DNA of 63,548 nt, counting the filler, from Licmophora abbreviata (Eukaryota), in assembly GCA_900291995.1 (NCBI GenBank). It is 13 parts of 13 records of this genome, joined end to end, with 100 filler letters (N's around TTAATTAATTAA, not from the genome) between each part and the next. Parts side by side here need not be neighbours in the genome. Positions count along the whole stretch, not along the records: positions 43,390 to 46,091 come from OLMU01002402.1; positions 46,192 to 50,523 come from OLMU01002403.1; positions 50,624 to 53,890 come from OLMU01002405.1; positions 53,991 to 55,110 come from OLMU01002406.1; positions 55,211 to 62,178 come from OLMU01002407.1; 8 more parts are not named here. The stretch is one strand, 5' to 3'. The translations under genes were made by a program, and so were the position numbers. Under the pieces are notes generated by a model. The model was given only the letters and a program-made list of their open reading frames with translations, searched no databases and was not told the origin of the DNA. Shown here in pieces: positions 45,707-57,428 of the stretch (its first letter is position 1; every line of letters begins with the position of its first letter).

Positions 45707-46908
45707 ATGGGCAAGAACGCCGATGACCATCATATCTTGTTGCTGGGAACTGTGGCGGCAAAAGCCGTCGGGATTTTCCTTGGAAGTCTGTTTCGTATCA
45801 CGATGTTTCTAGCGCTTCTGTATCCTATGGTTGCGGCTCCGCCGCTGCACCTGTTCTATCCCATCGCTGCCCCCGCTGGCGAGTCGAGCGTTTACGTAGC
45901 AGGTACGAGTATCATGCATTAGGCAAACAGCCCAGCACTGTGAATGTTTTCAGTTGAGCTCACGTCAAGCGACTCTCTTTTTGATACTGTGGCCATAGGC
46001 GCTGGTTTCCCCGGATTTTGGTTTCATCTCGGATTCTTGCAGTCTCTCCCGTCGCTGCAAGAGCACGACTTTTACTGCTTCTCTTCGGGGTNNNNNNNNN
46101 NNNNNNNNNNNNNNNNNNNNNNNNNNNNNNNNNNNTTAATTAATTAANNNNNNNNNNNNNNNNNNNNNNNNNNNNNNNNNNNNNNNNNNNNGTCTCAGTA
46201 AGTTTTGTCAAGTGAAAACGAGTTGATTGGTACTTTCAAACTGATTGAGTCATCTCATTGCCACGTCTTCCGTTTCATCCTTCAGGCGTGGTCATGGCAA
46301 TGGCAAACATAACACTCGACACGGCCGTCAACATGACGTTTGACATTCAGCAACACTGGCAAGCCGGCCATCTATCTCGCTACGACATGGTGCATCGCTT
46401 CTTTGACGATATAGTATCGCACGTTCATAATAATGAGGACGATGACACAAACATTGACAGTATTGTCGAACGGATACACGTCTTGGCGACGACCGTAGAT
46501 GAGGGTGTCACGATACAAACAGCATCGACCGTCGCCGAACTACGCGATCTCCTTATCCGGACGACATGGATGTAAGTGTATATCCTAGTAGGAGGTGTGT
46601 TTCTCCTCATGTAACGAAAATCGATATCTCACGCAATTGGTGGCCTTCACCCAATTCTTTGCTCAACCAGTCCGTTTGTTACCGGTCGCTCCATGTGGCA
46701 CATGGACTCATCCGGTCGCCGACACTTGGACGGTGCCTTCTCCCGATGGCTCCATCCCAAGTGCGAATACGATTTGAGCGTGCCTCTAACGTGGGATACC
46801 GTAGCACATGCTCTGAATCCTGCGCTCGAACGTCGCCAAGTTTATCGACTGTGGGAGTCTGGACAAGGTTACAATCACTCGCTCATGACGAACGTTCGAG
46901 CAAGGTAG
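45707..46908 (+). CDS. Patatin-like phospholipase (divergent), multi-exon, spans gap 46092
   Basis: After splicing: Gly-rich GAGFPGFWFHLG, nucleophile elbow CFSSGCL, RTTWIPFVTG, and catalytic-Asp motif LDGAF. Confidence 0.65.
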
Positions 46909-47112
46909 CGAGTGGACCATCACAGAGCCGAAGCGTATCACACTAATACCATAGAATTTTTTTCACAAAGAATACCTTGTTCAGAAACCAAATTTCATTA
47001 GAGTAAAATAAGTTGCAGGAGAAATTTCCACGAGATTTTCAAAGGGCAGTACAAAACCGAAACAATTGTTCAGTAGTGATCGTGGCTTGACAATTTTACA
47101 TTCCAAGTCAAG

Positions 47113-48065
47113 TCAGATTTTGTCCACCTTGGTAAAATGCCCGCCTCCTGTAACCTTGCGCAAGTCTTCCTTTTCCTGCTCAATATTCTTCTCGCCACCA
47201 TGGTGCACAATCCCAGACATCATGCTCTTGTAGGATGTCTTCTTCTTCTTCTTTCGCTTCTTGGGTGTCTCCCCGGTCGTCGTCGTTGCTACAGTCGCAA
47301 CTTGCTTTTCCTCCGGCATAACTTCTTCTACTTCCATTGGTTGCGGCGGATCCTCTTCCACTACCGGTTCCAGAGGTTTGTTCACTGCCGCCGGAGGAGG
47401 AGGAGAAGAAGAAGTGTCCCCCTTCTTTTTCTGTAGCTCACCCCAGCACTTGGAGCAGCAGTTTCCAGTCGCACCATTTCCCTGCGATTTCATAAACGAG
47501 AGACAAGAGTAATATTTAAAATGAGCAAGTCGTCTGTGAAACGTATAGTCGGTCGAACGAAAAGAGCCAAGGAGTGTGTTCGAAACGTGACACGGAAGGC
47601 GATCAAAATTCTGCCACACGGAGGCAAGGTTGTGCGATAAATTTAGCAGTCTTTGGGTAAAACTGCTCCGCAGAAGCCCACCGAACTTTGGGTCACCCGA
47701 AAGCGACGGAGGAACATGACGCCGCAGTCGACCATGGGAAACGAAGTCAAAAGATCGATCCGTGTACAAAAGAGAGCTCTCAAAAGATTCTCCGTGTCAA
47801 ACTTGACTAGTTCGTGACGGATATCCCCTGAAAAGACCACTCCGTTCCCTCCAATCGCCATTTTGAACATCCAAGTCTCACTGCGTACGTAGAATCCCGT
47901 ATACAAAACTCCGCCAACGCCGTCAACGCCTGAAAGAACTTTTCGAGACAGCAAGATCTCCAATGGAACCACACGTCAATTCATACTTACAAAGAAGCCG
48001 CATCCCATTTTGCATAGCCGAGGCTCAGCAGAAGGGTTCGTCGTTGTTTGCGATTGATTGCTCAT
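47113..48065 (-). CDS. A20-type zinc-finger protein lacking AN1; intron 47482-47990
   Basis: Exon 1 MSNQ...PRLCKMGCGFF joins exon 2 GNGATGNCCSKCW to give the A20 C-x3-C...C-x2-C finger, followed by a basic KKRKKKKK region. Confidence 0.85.
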
Positions 48066-48605
48066 GGTCGTTCGTTCCCTTCGTTCGTGTCAAGCGACTG
48101 TCGTGTTTGTGGTGAGGCGCCGGTCGGGAAAATTGTGTGTGACCGCCAACGCGTGGGTGATTCTTGACGGAGATCGAGAGAACACCGAAGCCCGAGGTCG
48201 TGATCCATCTTTAGCGATTGTATGTATTCAGTCATAATAAATGTCGAATGATGTAGATATGTACCACGACCTACGAGAGTCACAGAAGACATGGCTTTCG
48301 ATATTTAATCTACAAAGCTGAACTTCTTTTATACATAAAAGAACTATGATGCCCTCAGATAGGCCTTTTATTATGACCTTCAGAAATGTCATGACATCCC
48401 CGAATTTTCGTGTGTGATGTGTCTGCCTGTCGGAGTGTCAGCGCGCGCTTTTTCCTGGTGTGCTCGTCCACAGGAACGAGTGAAAAACGTGGGCGATGTG
48501 TGGTTCTCGACCATCGGCAGCCGTCGGCTGCATTTGACAGAGCTAAGCACTGCCTTCATTCACACCACTGAGTTCTTCGTTTGCTAGTCCAGAGGGATAC
48601 TCTAC

Positions 48606-49805
48606 ATGCAGTCTGAAAGGATTCCCTGCTTTCTTCTTCTGCTTCTTTGGGTGACTTTCGATTCGAATTTCCCATCTATTCGCTACAAGTACTCCCCATC
48701 ATCCAAACTGCTGCCATTCGCATCCGCTGCAGTCATGCTTCGCTCCCGTCCCTCGGCGTTCGCCGTTCGGGTCGTGTCGTACAATGTCTTGTCGTCGCAT
48801 CTGGCATCACCTTCTCATTTTACTACGCTCGACCCAGCTCATTTGGAAGCCTCCAACCGACTTCCCTTGATCCTTTCCAAACTCGACCACGAAATTTCGC
48901 AGCACCCAAATACTGTGCTTTGCCTCCAAGAAGTGTCTCACGACTGGGCAGCTGAATTTCACACCTACTTTAGCAATCGAGGCTATCACTTGGTGACGGG
49001 GCTGTACGGGAAGCCCTTCAATGGGTACATGGGAGTGGCTCTGGCCTATCCGACGGAGCGATTCGAAACGCTCCATGTTGACATTTCGCGGTTGAGTGAC
49101 AAGCGTATCGGAGGATGGCCCGTTGCACCGGAGTCCAACGAGTCTTTGACAAGTATACTATGGAACAAGACCAAAAAGCTCGTCTCGTTTCCTCTCCAGA
49201 CACTGGGTCTCGCCTCACCGCCGTCGCCTCCGGATCACTGGGCCATTTCCAAGAGTCGGTTCAACATTTTGGTCACGGCGACGCTGAAAGACAAGGAGAC
49301 GGGTAGGGCCTTTTGCATTGGCAACTACCATATGCCCTGTTGTTTCTATGCTCCCATGGTTATGAGTATTCACACCGAAATGGCGGCACGACACGTCCAG
49401 TCACTCGCAGCAGCATTCGACAATCTGCCCTATGTGTTAGTTGGTGACTGGAACATTAAACCCGACTCGTCCACATACAAACTGTTGACAACGGGCACAT
49501 TGGAGTCATCCGATGAATCTTACCCAACTCCGAAATACGACATGCACTGGGCTCCTACCATTGAACCGATGCGAAGTGCCTATGCGACGGCGTCACCCCA
49601 CAGCGGCGAACCAGACTTTACCAACTACGCGCGCGTCAAGGAGGACGACCCGTTCATTGATACTCTAGATTACATTTTCCTTTCGAAAGAGTGGAGTGTG
49701 ACGGGAGTAAAAGAACTTGGGAATCGCCAAGATGCTAATGGGCCCTTTCCGAATGAGGTCGAACCCAGTGATCATATCGTGATTGCCGCGACACTGGAAC
49801 TGTAG
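48606..49805 (+). CDS. CCR4/nocturnin-like endonuclease/exonuclease/phosphatase
   Basis: VVSYNVL, LCLQEV, GDWN, FTNY, TLDYIF, PSDH. Confidence 0.9.
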   Translation: MQSERIPCFLLLLLWVTFDSNFPSIRYKYSPSSKLLPFASAAVMLRSRPSAFAVRVVSYNVLSSHLASPSHFTTLDPAHLEASNRLPLILSKLDHEISQHPNTVLCLQEVSHDWAAEFHTYFSNRGYHLVTGLYGKPFNGYMGVALAYPTERFETLHVDISRLSDKRIGGWPVAPESNESLTSILWNKTKKLVSFPLQTLGLASPPSPPDHWAISKSRFNILVTATLKDKETGRAFCIGNYHMPCCFYAPMVMSIHTEMAARHVQSLAAAFDNLPYVLVGDWNIKPDSSTYKLLTTGTLESSDESYPTPKYDMHWAPTIEPMRSAYATASPHSGEPDFTNYARVKEDDPFIDTLDYIFLSKEWSVTGVKELGNRQDANGPFPNEVEPSDHIVIAATLEL

Positions 49806-50164
49806 GACAGAGAGTCTGGGTTGTCGCTAGCTTAAATGAGAGTACAGTTAGGGTAGGTTGATGATCGGATCGAGCAGTTGACAAAGGGAAGTGTTAGAGT
49901 AGATGATGACTGCATAGTTCCCAACACTAAGTAGTGGTATGTACCATACGCCTTGCATTGGTATGTTGGAACGTTGGAGTGTGTCGATCACTTCTCGTCT
50001 TGCAGTCCCCTCACTCGCGGGATATTTCAGCCACACACACACACATCCCTTTTGCATCATCACACACACGCCACATCTCGTCTTTTGTTGTCCATGTTGT
50101 AGCTCAGCTCTCAGTGTACATCATCCAACGATACTAGCAGTAACAATCTCATTAGCACATCGCC

Positions 50165-50523
50165 ATGTCCTCACAAGAAGCTGCCAGGGCTCAGTTAGAT
50201 GCAGCCAAGAAAGAAACATGGACGTGCGAAAATGAAATCCAGCAAATCAAGGCGGCAATCAAAAAGGTCGATGCTGAAGCAACAGGCGGCGAAGAACCGA
50301 AACCCAACTCCATGGAAGTTTCCATATTGAAGGTGAGATAAGAGAAAGTGAGCGACACGGAGAAAATGTAACATATTCATTTCTAACGATCGCTTCGTGC
50401 ATTCTTGTCGTACAGGTCGAAGGACTTCCGGAATCGGGACAGCCAATCTTTTCGCTGCAGCTCTCGTCGCCAGTCGAGGAGCAAGTCTTGACCAAGCTCT
50501 TCGATCCCAATGACGAGAGTTCT
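50165..50523 (+). CDS. Hypothetical protein, 5' part only (intron ~50333-50416), truncated by gap
   Basis: MSSQEAARAQLD...SILK, then a GTGAG...CAG intron, then VEGLPESGQPIF... open to the gap. Confidence 0.55.
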
Positions 50524-50893
50524 NNNNNNNNNNNNNNNNNNNNNNNNNNNNNNNNNNNNNNNNNNNNTTAATTAATTAANNNNNNNNNNNNNNNNNNNNN
50601 NNNNNNNNNNNNNNNNNNNNNNNCTCTCGCACAAGCATAGCTATCATTTCAAGTGAAGTAGTGAACTTTCGCGTCATCGATGTTCACGTTATTCCGTTTC
50701 GTAGCGTCGTTTGTTGCTTACCATTAGAAGTCGGCTGAGTCAAGTCAGTCAGTCAGTCGCGCCTTCGTGCAACGTGACTCACTCAATTAATCGAATCGAG
50801 GCATCGGAGTCGGCCGACCGATGTATCTGCAACGCGTATTGAGTTTGGACCATTCCCGCCGTTCAGACCAGCCGCGTTGACACGACCACCACT

Positions 50894-51364
50894 ATGGGAT
50901 CTATGGAGGACAACGGGAGGCTGACCTCCGGAAAGTACGAAATATCACTGAGGAGTCGCGATGATGACGAAGAGCATGACCATTACGACTCATCGGCCGT
51001 CACGCAGAAAGCGCAAGAAACGAAAGTACCAGCCGTCGACAGCAATATTGGAGTCAGCACCTTTCGAATTGACGAGTCCATCATGGACGAGGCAAAGGCG
51101 AAAATAGAAGAGGCGGAGGCTCATCGACGGGAGTCCAAGCTACCAAAGCGAGTGATTCCAATGGTCGAGATGCTCTTGCCCAAGGATAGGAGTCTTCGAG
51201 ATTTTGAAGATGGCATGGAACGAAAAGTGGGGAATTTGAGACAGCTCTGGAAGACATGTGTGGGACCTTGCACCAGTGGCACGGCTGACGCTCGGGTGAA
51301 AGACGAAACAAGAAGGAATTCCTCGAGGAGGAGTGACCACAACACGACGGCGGCTGATGATTGA
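50894..51364 (+). CDS. Hypothetical 156-aa protein
   Basis: ATG-initiated charged ORF filling the intergenic space. No domain recognised. Confidence 0.45.
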   Translation: MGSMEDNGRLTSGKYEISLRSRDDDEEHDHYDSSAVTQKAQETKVPAVDSNIGVSTFRIDESIMDEAKAKIEEAEAHRRESKLPKRVIPMVEMLLPKDRSLRDFEDGMERKVGNLRQLWKTCVGPCTSGTADARVKDETRRNSSRRSDHNTTAADD

Positions 51365-51529
51365 GCTCTCACTGGAAACGTCGATTATCTTACCAGAAGC
51401 TTATTCTAGCCTCTCCCGTTGCTCAGTGGATGTGAGCACTACCTCATTCAGTAAGTATTGTAGCAATTAGGTAAAGTAAGTGGTTGTATAATACTACCAA
51501 GCCGCTGGTCCGTTCGCAGAAAGCGCAAA

Positions 51530-53636
51530 TCAAAAGGAGTCCGTTGATTTCTTGCGACGATTCATGGCTTTGCTTGCCGCCTTCTTGACTTTGGAAACAA
51601 TCTTACGTCGGAGAATACTCTTCTCAGGAGTTCGTTCCGCTGTGCTAGGAGGATCTGCCGTCAGCAAGGCCCTCACCGAGGCCTGGTGTGACTTGCTGTA
51701 GTTCCGCCTGCCAAAGGTGACGGATTTCTTCGGACTTGACGGGCTATCAACGGTAGCTGCCTTTATTGTCTCTTTCTTCTTCTTCTTCTTCTTCTTTTGT
51801 TTCTTAGCCTTGCGCTCAGCCTTCAATCGAGCCTTTTCGGCCTTGATGGCGTCCTTTTGCTCGGCGACTGAAATGGTCAAAATCTCATCCTGATGTTCGT
51901 GCGCGCTCTCGCTCGCCGAGGCCTTTTCCACGCTGTCCTTGTCGCGCTTTCTTTTCTTCTTCTTCTTCGTCTCGGACGCTATTTCTGTAGTTGTCTGTGT
52001 TTTGACGGGGTGAGACTCCTCACTTCGCTTTCGCTTGTGCTTCTTCGTTTTGGATGTTGAATCGGCGATCAGCTCGCTGTCGTCATCATGCTCCACAAGA
52101 TCGTCAAGCCCCATGGCTCCATCCGCGACAGCCCCGTCCGAAGTTGAACTATCGGTAATGCCCTCGTCCTCGGCAAGCAAGACATCTTCTCCGACTCTCT
52201 TCAGACGCTTCATGTACTTCTTGTGCATATCATACAACGCCTTGCGGTATCGATCCTGAGTATCTAAGTCGCTGGCTAGCTCGAAGACAAAGCTAGCGAC
52301 CGTCCCGACGTGTACTTCAGTAAAGATAGGACTGGCTCCGTCCTCGTCGTCTCCCGCTCTTGCCTTCACAGCAGTTGCACTCATAAAACTGTACTGGTCC
52401 AGAAACTTGACCAAGACGTTTTCCAAGGCTCGCTCGTGCACGTGTATGTCGTCCACATTCTGCAAGACGGCAAAGTACGGATCGAGCACGTCCAGAAACA
52501 CCGGCTCCCGAAGCGGCGTTTCGACACTTGCTCTGGCAAGTTCTGGTATCACAATATCGATTAGATGGTAACGCAAGCCATTCGGCAACTGAAAGAGAAC
52601 CTCATCACGGATAATATCATTGAACAGAAAAATGATGCCGCGATTCCAGTATCTTGTCCCCATGTACTTGAATATCTGAAAGTAGAATAGAAAGACAAGG
52701 TTCAGTCTCTGGAATCAAGTCACGTGATGGACTGTAGCGCAAGTGTCAAATCCGACCAACCTGTTTCATCACAAGACGAATGAGCGTGTAGAACTTGTCA
52801 ATTCGGTGCTTGTCCATATTTCCCCACTCGCGTTGTATCGTATGAAAGAAGGTTTTGACAAATAAAGCAGCCAAGTGGGCGCCACGACAGTGTTTCGTGT
52901 TGATTTCGTCATCCTCGACTTCAACTTCCATCTCTCCGTCTCCTTCGCTAGTCGGATCGTCATCGTCGCCATCAGCCGAATCACTATCACCATTGTCCCG
53001 CTGCGCACCTCCTTGTTCTGCCTCCTCCTCTTCTCTAACATCATCCTCTTCTGTCATTTCTAAATAGACTTGCGCGGCGTATTCATCTTCTTCCTCCGTC
53101 CCAGCTACACACCAAATTAGCTCCGACAGTCGCTTGGACAGTTCCTCTTGCACCGGAACTTTGTCACACAGATAGAGGGCATGCCACAGTCCCTTCCAAA
53201 GTTTCAACAAGTCCAGCTCCGACAATCCTCCCGCTTCATTGGCAATATCACAGCGACTTTTGAGATAGGCTCGCAGCTGCGTCACCGCGGCATGCCGCGT
53301 CCGCTGTTCGGTGCCTCCCAACAAGCGACCAAAGCGCATCTCCGGCGAATGCAAGTCCAACTGAGGATCCAACCGACTGCTGTGATTCAACTTGGATTCA
53401 TCGCGCGAAAGTCCGGCGACACGCAGGTATGCTTTGGAACGAGCGAGGGGAGACTGAATCTTGGGCTGCTGAGGCCAGGTATTGGATGGATTCGGGCCTT
53501 GCTTTCGTCGCTGTCGTTTGGTGAGCTTGGTTGACTCTGTCTTTTTCTTGTTTTCGTTGGCGGACTGCATACCTGCAGCTGCGTCAGCTTCCGACGACGA
53601 CGAGGAAGAAGACATAGTGTTCTTGCTTGAGGCCAT
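51530..53636 (-). CDS. RRP1: Nop52/RRP1 nucleolar rRNA-processing protein; intron 52676-52760
   Basis: LLKLWKGLWHALYLCDKVPVQEEL, FFHTIQREWGNMDKHRIDKFYTLIR, PNGLRYHLIDI, and a Lys-rich tail with KKSVTF and PEKSILR. Confidence 0.88.
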
Positions 53637-54019
53637 GGTGGTATGATTGGACGACTGGAGTGAACGTGACAGCGAAGAGGTCGTCGAATAATATGAGTTT
53701 TGTTGACAGCATCATGAAATTTCGTGGCCCTCGTGGCATCCATAATCATACGAAGGAATCAGTCTCATTTCTACGTGGATTCATTTGCTCACATTTTGGT
53801 CTGGCCGTTACAGAACACCAAACGCGAGCGCCACCCATTTTTCGAAAACCTGGTATACACAAATCAATCACTGATTTAACAACACACGGTNNNNNNNNNN
53901 NNNNNNNNNNNNNNNNNNNNNNNNNNNNNNNNNNTTAATTAATTAANNNNNNNNNNNNNNNNNNNNNNNNNNNNNNNNNNNNNNNNNNNNGCCACAGCAG
54001 AAGAAGATCCATTAGCAAC

Positions 54020-55084
54020 ATGGCGACGGACGCTCAGACTGTCGATGTGCACCAAGATGAGCACAAGAAAAAGAAGGACAAACGCAAGAAGGACCGAAAG
54101 AAGGAAAAAGCACGAAGCAAAGACCCTGTCGTAACGACGAAAGAGTCGACCCCGAAAACCGATGCCGCAATCAGCGATACTGCAGACTCTAGTGCTTCCA
54201 AGAAACACAAGGATGGCGACAAGAAGTCTCGCAAAAGAGACCGAGAAGCTAGACGCGCTGAAAAGAAGGAACTTCTGGAGAAGATTCCCCGAACTGACGA
54301 CGATGGGATTGCGTATACGAAACTTCAAATTCGACGCATGATGAAACGGGTGAAACGCGGACTTGCGCCTGTGCCCACGGAAGAGGAAGAAAGGGAGCGA
54401 AGACGCCAAGAAGCCTTAGAGAGAAAGGAAGATGAAGCAGAATTTGCTGGCCTGATCATACGGAAAGATGATGATAGGTCTGGTGGTGATACAGAGGAGG
54501 AAAATGATCATGACGACACGGTAAACCAGGAAGGCGACACTGATCACGATGTACACCGTGCTGCAGATGATATTAGCGCACCGCCGACAAAGAAGAAGAA
54601 CAAGCGCTCCAAGCCTATTCCCAGTGACTACGTATGCTCCGCCTGTTCCAACAAGCGCCAACCGGCCCACTGGATCTATGACTGCCCTGACAAAGTCACG
54701 ATGCGAGGGACCAATCAGCTATCGAAGAAGCTCCGAGGCATTCACAATCCCGACGCCAAGAAAGTGTTCATCTCGGGACTTCCCTTTGATGTGAAACGAA
54801 AAGACGTGGAGCAAATGTTCCAGGCGTGTGGAAAGGTCGTGTCGTGTAAGCTGTTGACGTTTGAAGATACGGGAAGGTGTAAAGGACAGGCATTCATGAC
54901 ATTTGAGACCGAGGAAGGGGCCAAAGCAGCCTTGAAGCTAAGTGACACTACGATCGAGAACGCAACTAACGATGCGAAACAGAAGAAGAAGAAAAAGGAA
55001 CCCAAAGGGGAACGGAAACGACAGGAACTGAAGCTCAAGGTGACAAAGATGAAGAATCGTTCACTGACCAAGAATCACGCATAA
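54020..55084 (+). CDS. Lys-rich RNA-binding protein with zinc knuckle and RRM
   Basis: YVCSAC...HWIYDCP knuckle, RNP2 VFISGL, RNP1 KGQAFMTF. Confidence 0.85.
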   Translation: MATDAQTVDVHQDEHKKKKDKRKKDRKKEKARSKDPVVTTKESTPKTDAAISDTADSSASKKHKDGDKKSRKRDREARRAEKKELLEKIPRTDDDGIAYTKLQIRRMMKRVKRGLAPVPTEEEERERRRQEALERKEDEAEFAGLIIRKDDDRSGGDTEEENDHDDTVNQEGDTDHDVHRAADDISAPPTKKKNKRSKPIPSDYVCSACSNKRQPAHWIYDCPDKVTMRGTNQLSKKLRGIHNPDAKKVFISGLPFDVKRKDVEQMFQACGKVVSCKLLTFEDTGRCKGQAFMTFETEEGAKAALKLSDTTIENATNDAKQKKKKKEPKGERKRQELKLKVTKMKNRSLTKNHA

Positions 55085-55476
55085 CCCACTAAAATGTGCC
55101 CTGAAGTTGTNNNNNNNNNNNNNNNNNNNNNNNNNNNNNNNNNNNNNNNNNNNNTTAATTAATTAANNNNNNNNNNNNNNNNNNNNNNNNNNNNNNNNNN
55201 NNNNNNNNNNATTATCTAGACTGCTGGTTCTCTTGAGCGCACGGTATCTGTAGCCATCAAAGAAAGACCGGTCTCCTGCTGGTAAAGATAGGTCGCATGT
55301 ACCAGGTACCGAGTAAAACAGCAATAACTTTTGGTTTGATTCATTGCTATTCGTACGTCGCGAACACCTGCTGATTCAAACACTTTTTTGCGGCACTCTT
55401 GTGACATTCCTTCGTTGACGATGATTCACAATTTCTCACACTATCGCATGCGCTCACAAACGCAGCATACGCGACC

Positions 55477-57341
55477 ATGGCGACGACTTCCTCTCTCCCC
55501 GTCGTACCTGGCCTCTCCAAGGAACGCCTGGATGAAGTAGTGGCATCGATCAAGACTGCCCTTTGCGATGCAGAGCTGAGATCATTGTCGCAGCGCGCTG
55601 TACAAAGCAAAGTTTGGCACCTCGAGCCGTCATTGGCCTCGTGTATGGCCGATCTTCGTACCCAAGAGAATGCAGTCAGGGATGAAATCCTCCGTCGAAC
55701 CAGTGAATTGGTCTACAAGTTCCACGATCACACTCTGGAAACGACCCTTGCTCGAGCCGGAATCTTGGAGGACGAGCGGATTCACGCGGGCTCCTCGTTG
55801 CATCAGAAAGGCGACTTTGATTTGTTCTGTCTGGACGCCAAGGAGCGTCTTTACCTCATTCTCAAGCACTACGGCTGGATTCAAGACTTCTTTCGCAATT
55901 TTCCTGTCCACTTCTACGAAAACAGTTTTCAGTTTGTCGACAGAATTCCGTCTAAGAAGCTCAACGTGAAGGTCAAGGTGGTCGGCCTCGGCATTGGTGG
56001 AAGCATGGCTGTGAGCGGCCTAGCTCGTGCGGGCATCGATTCGGTAGTCGGCTACGAAAAGCGAGATGAACATGGTCCTCGCCGAGTCGGTAGCCGCTAC
56101 CAGAACGCTTCCTGGCGTGCCTATGACATTGCCGGGCGGCTCTTGGACGAGGAGGCCTACGAGACCCTCACGACATACCGCCAGCGCCTCAATGTCACCT
56201 ACGATGATGGCACTTCCAAGGTAGAAACGTCCGACCGTGTCCAGATTATCCTTGGTAATGCGATAGAGGCGGCACTTGCGTCGGCCAAGCGCTACGGAGC
56301 CGAGCTGGTGTTCAGTAGCGATCTGGAATCATACTACAGGGAGGACGGCGTCCAAGATCCATGCGATATCGTAGCCTTGTTTTCTGGCGCCCACACTTCT
56401 AAACTCTTCCCTGGACTCGAGAAGGAAATGGAAGTTTGCTCCTGGCCTGAAGTTAGCTCCAGCTGCAAGATGTGGCTTCGTGTAAAGGACAGCGAGCGCA
56501 ATGAAGACTACTGTGCTCGCGGAGGCGAGATTGGTGCAGAGAATTGGCATTATACTATCGAGAGTTCGCGTCGGACCAAGGAGGACGTTCTTCGCGTCCG
56601 CGACAACATTGAAAGCCAGTACAACTATGCAGTCAAGAAGTCGCCAGGGGAAGAGGAGAAGCTCAAGGTCAAGTACGACTCGCAATTTGCGCAGATCGAC
56701 AACGTGATCCAAAGTTTTGAAGACAAGGAGAATAGCGACGGCGTAGCTCGCTTTGATTACGTGAGTGTGTTGGTTTGCAGTCCTACTATGCTCGATTTGC
56801 GTGTGCTCCTGTATTCATCTTTTCACTGATGCGCTTGTATATTCCAGATCTTTACGAACGCGCCTGACAATGAGCACAACCGAGCCAAACGCGAATCGAG
56901 CCGTAAAGACGGAACTGTCGTTCTCGAAGGAGGCTATGATGTGGACGTCAAGTTTGCGTCAAAGTGCGCGTTCGGCGGCCCGAATGCGAGCCCCGCCATC
57001 GGACAGCTTCTCGACAGGTTTTCGACCAACCTCATCGTGACTGGAGGTGATGCCTGCGTGCCTCCGAACCCACTTGCGGCATACGGAGCAACTCTTGCCT
57101 GCGAGTCCGCTGACATGGTCGTTCATCTGGCCATTGCATACGGGCACTTGAACACCATCGTCCATGACATGGAGGCTTACTCCAAGGAGGGCGATGTCGA
57201 CCCCGAATGGATTGAAGAGGTCAACGCGCTTAAGAATTGTATGCCATGTTCTACGAGACTCGCAGCCGCTCTGAAAACTACTTTCAGTGGGTGCAGACTT
57301 TGATTTGTAACCTCTACTCTCTTCCTCCAATGACCGCATAA
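55477..57341 (+). CDS. FAD-dependent monooxygenase-like protein; intron 56761-56847; apparent frameshift near 57233
   Basis: Dinucleotide-binding VKVVGLGIGG...LARAG...GYEKR and a C-terminal GGDA...PNPLAAYGATLA (GD motif of flavin hydroxylases). The shifted frame gives ELYAMFY...PPMTA*. Confidence 0.65.
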
Positions 57342-57428
57342 GCAGTGAGAATGGACGACTTTCGTAGAGAAGTGGACTAGTGAGACGAACAGGTGAAATA
57401 TAGTCCAATCAGATTTTGTTGTTATTCG

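Noticed and set aside
51770..51800. (TTC)n and (TTG)n microsatellites (also 59607-59625)
   Set aside because: The first encodes a poly-Lys tract of Nop52. The second is an ordinary short intergenic repeat.
4180..57240. Frameshifts at ~4190, ~27682, ~38740, ~39500, ~41453 and ~57233 as programmed frameshifting or pseudogenes
   Set aside because: They are single-base shifts, mostly at short homopolymers, in otherwise intact and unrelated genes with no shared slippery motif. With the 454 adaptor remnant, sequencing error is the simplest explanation. Read-level checking would settle it.
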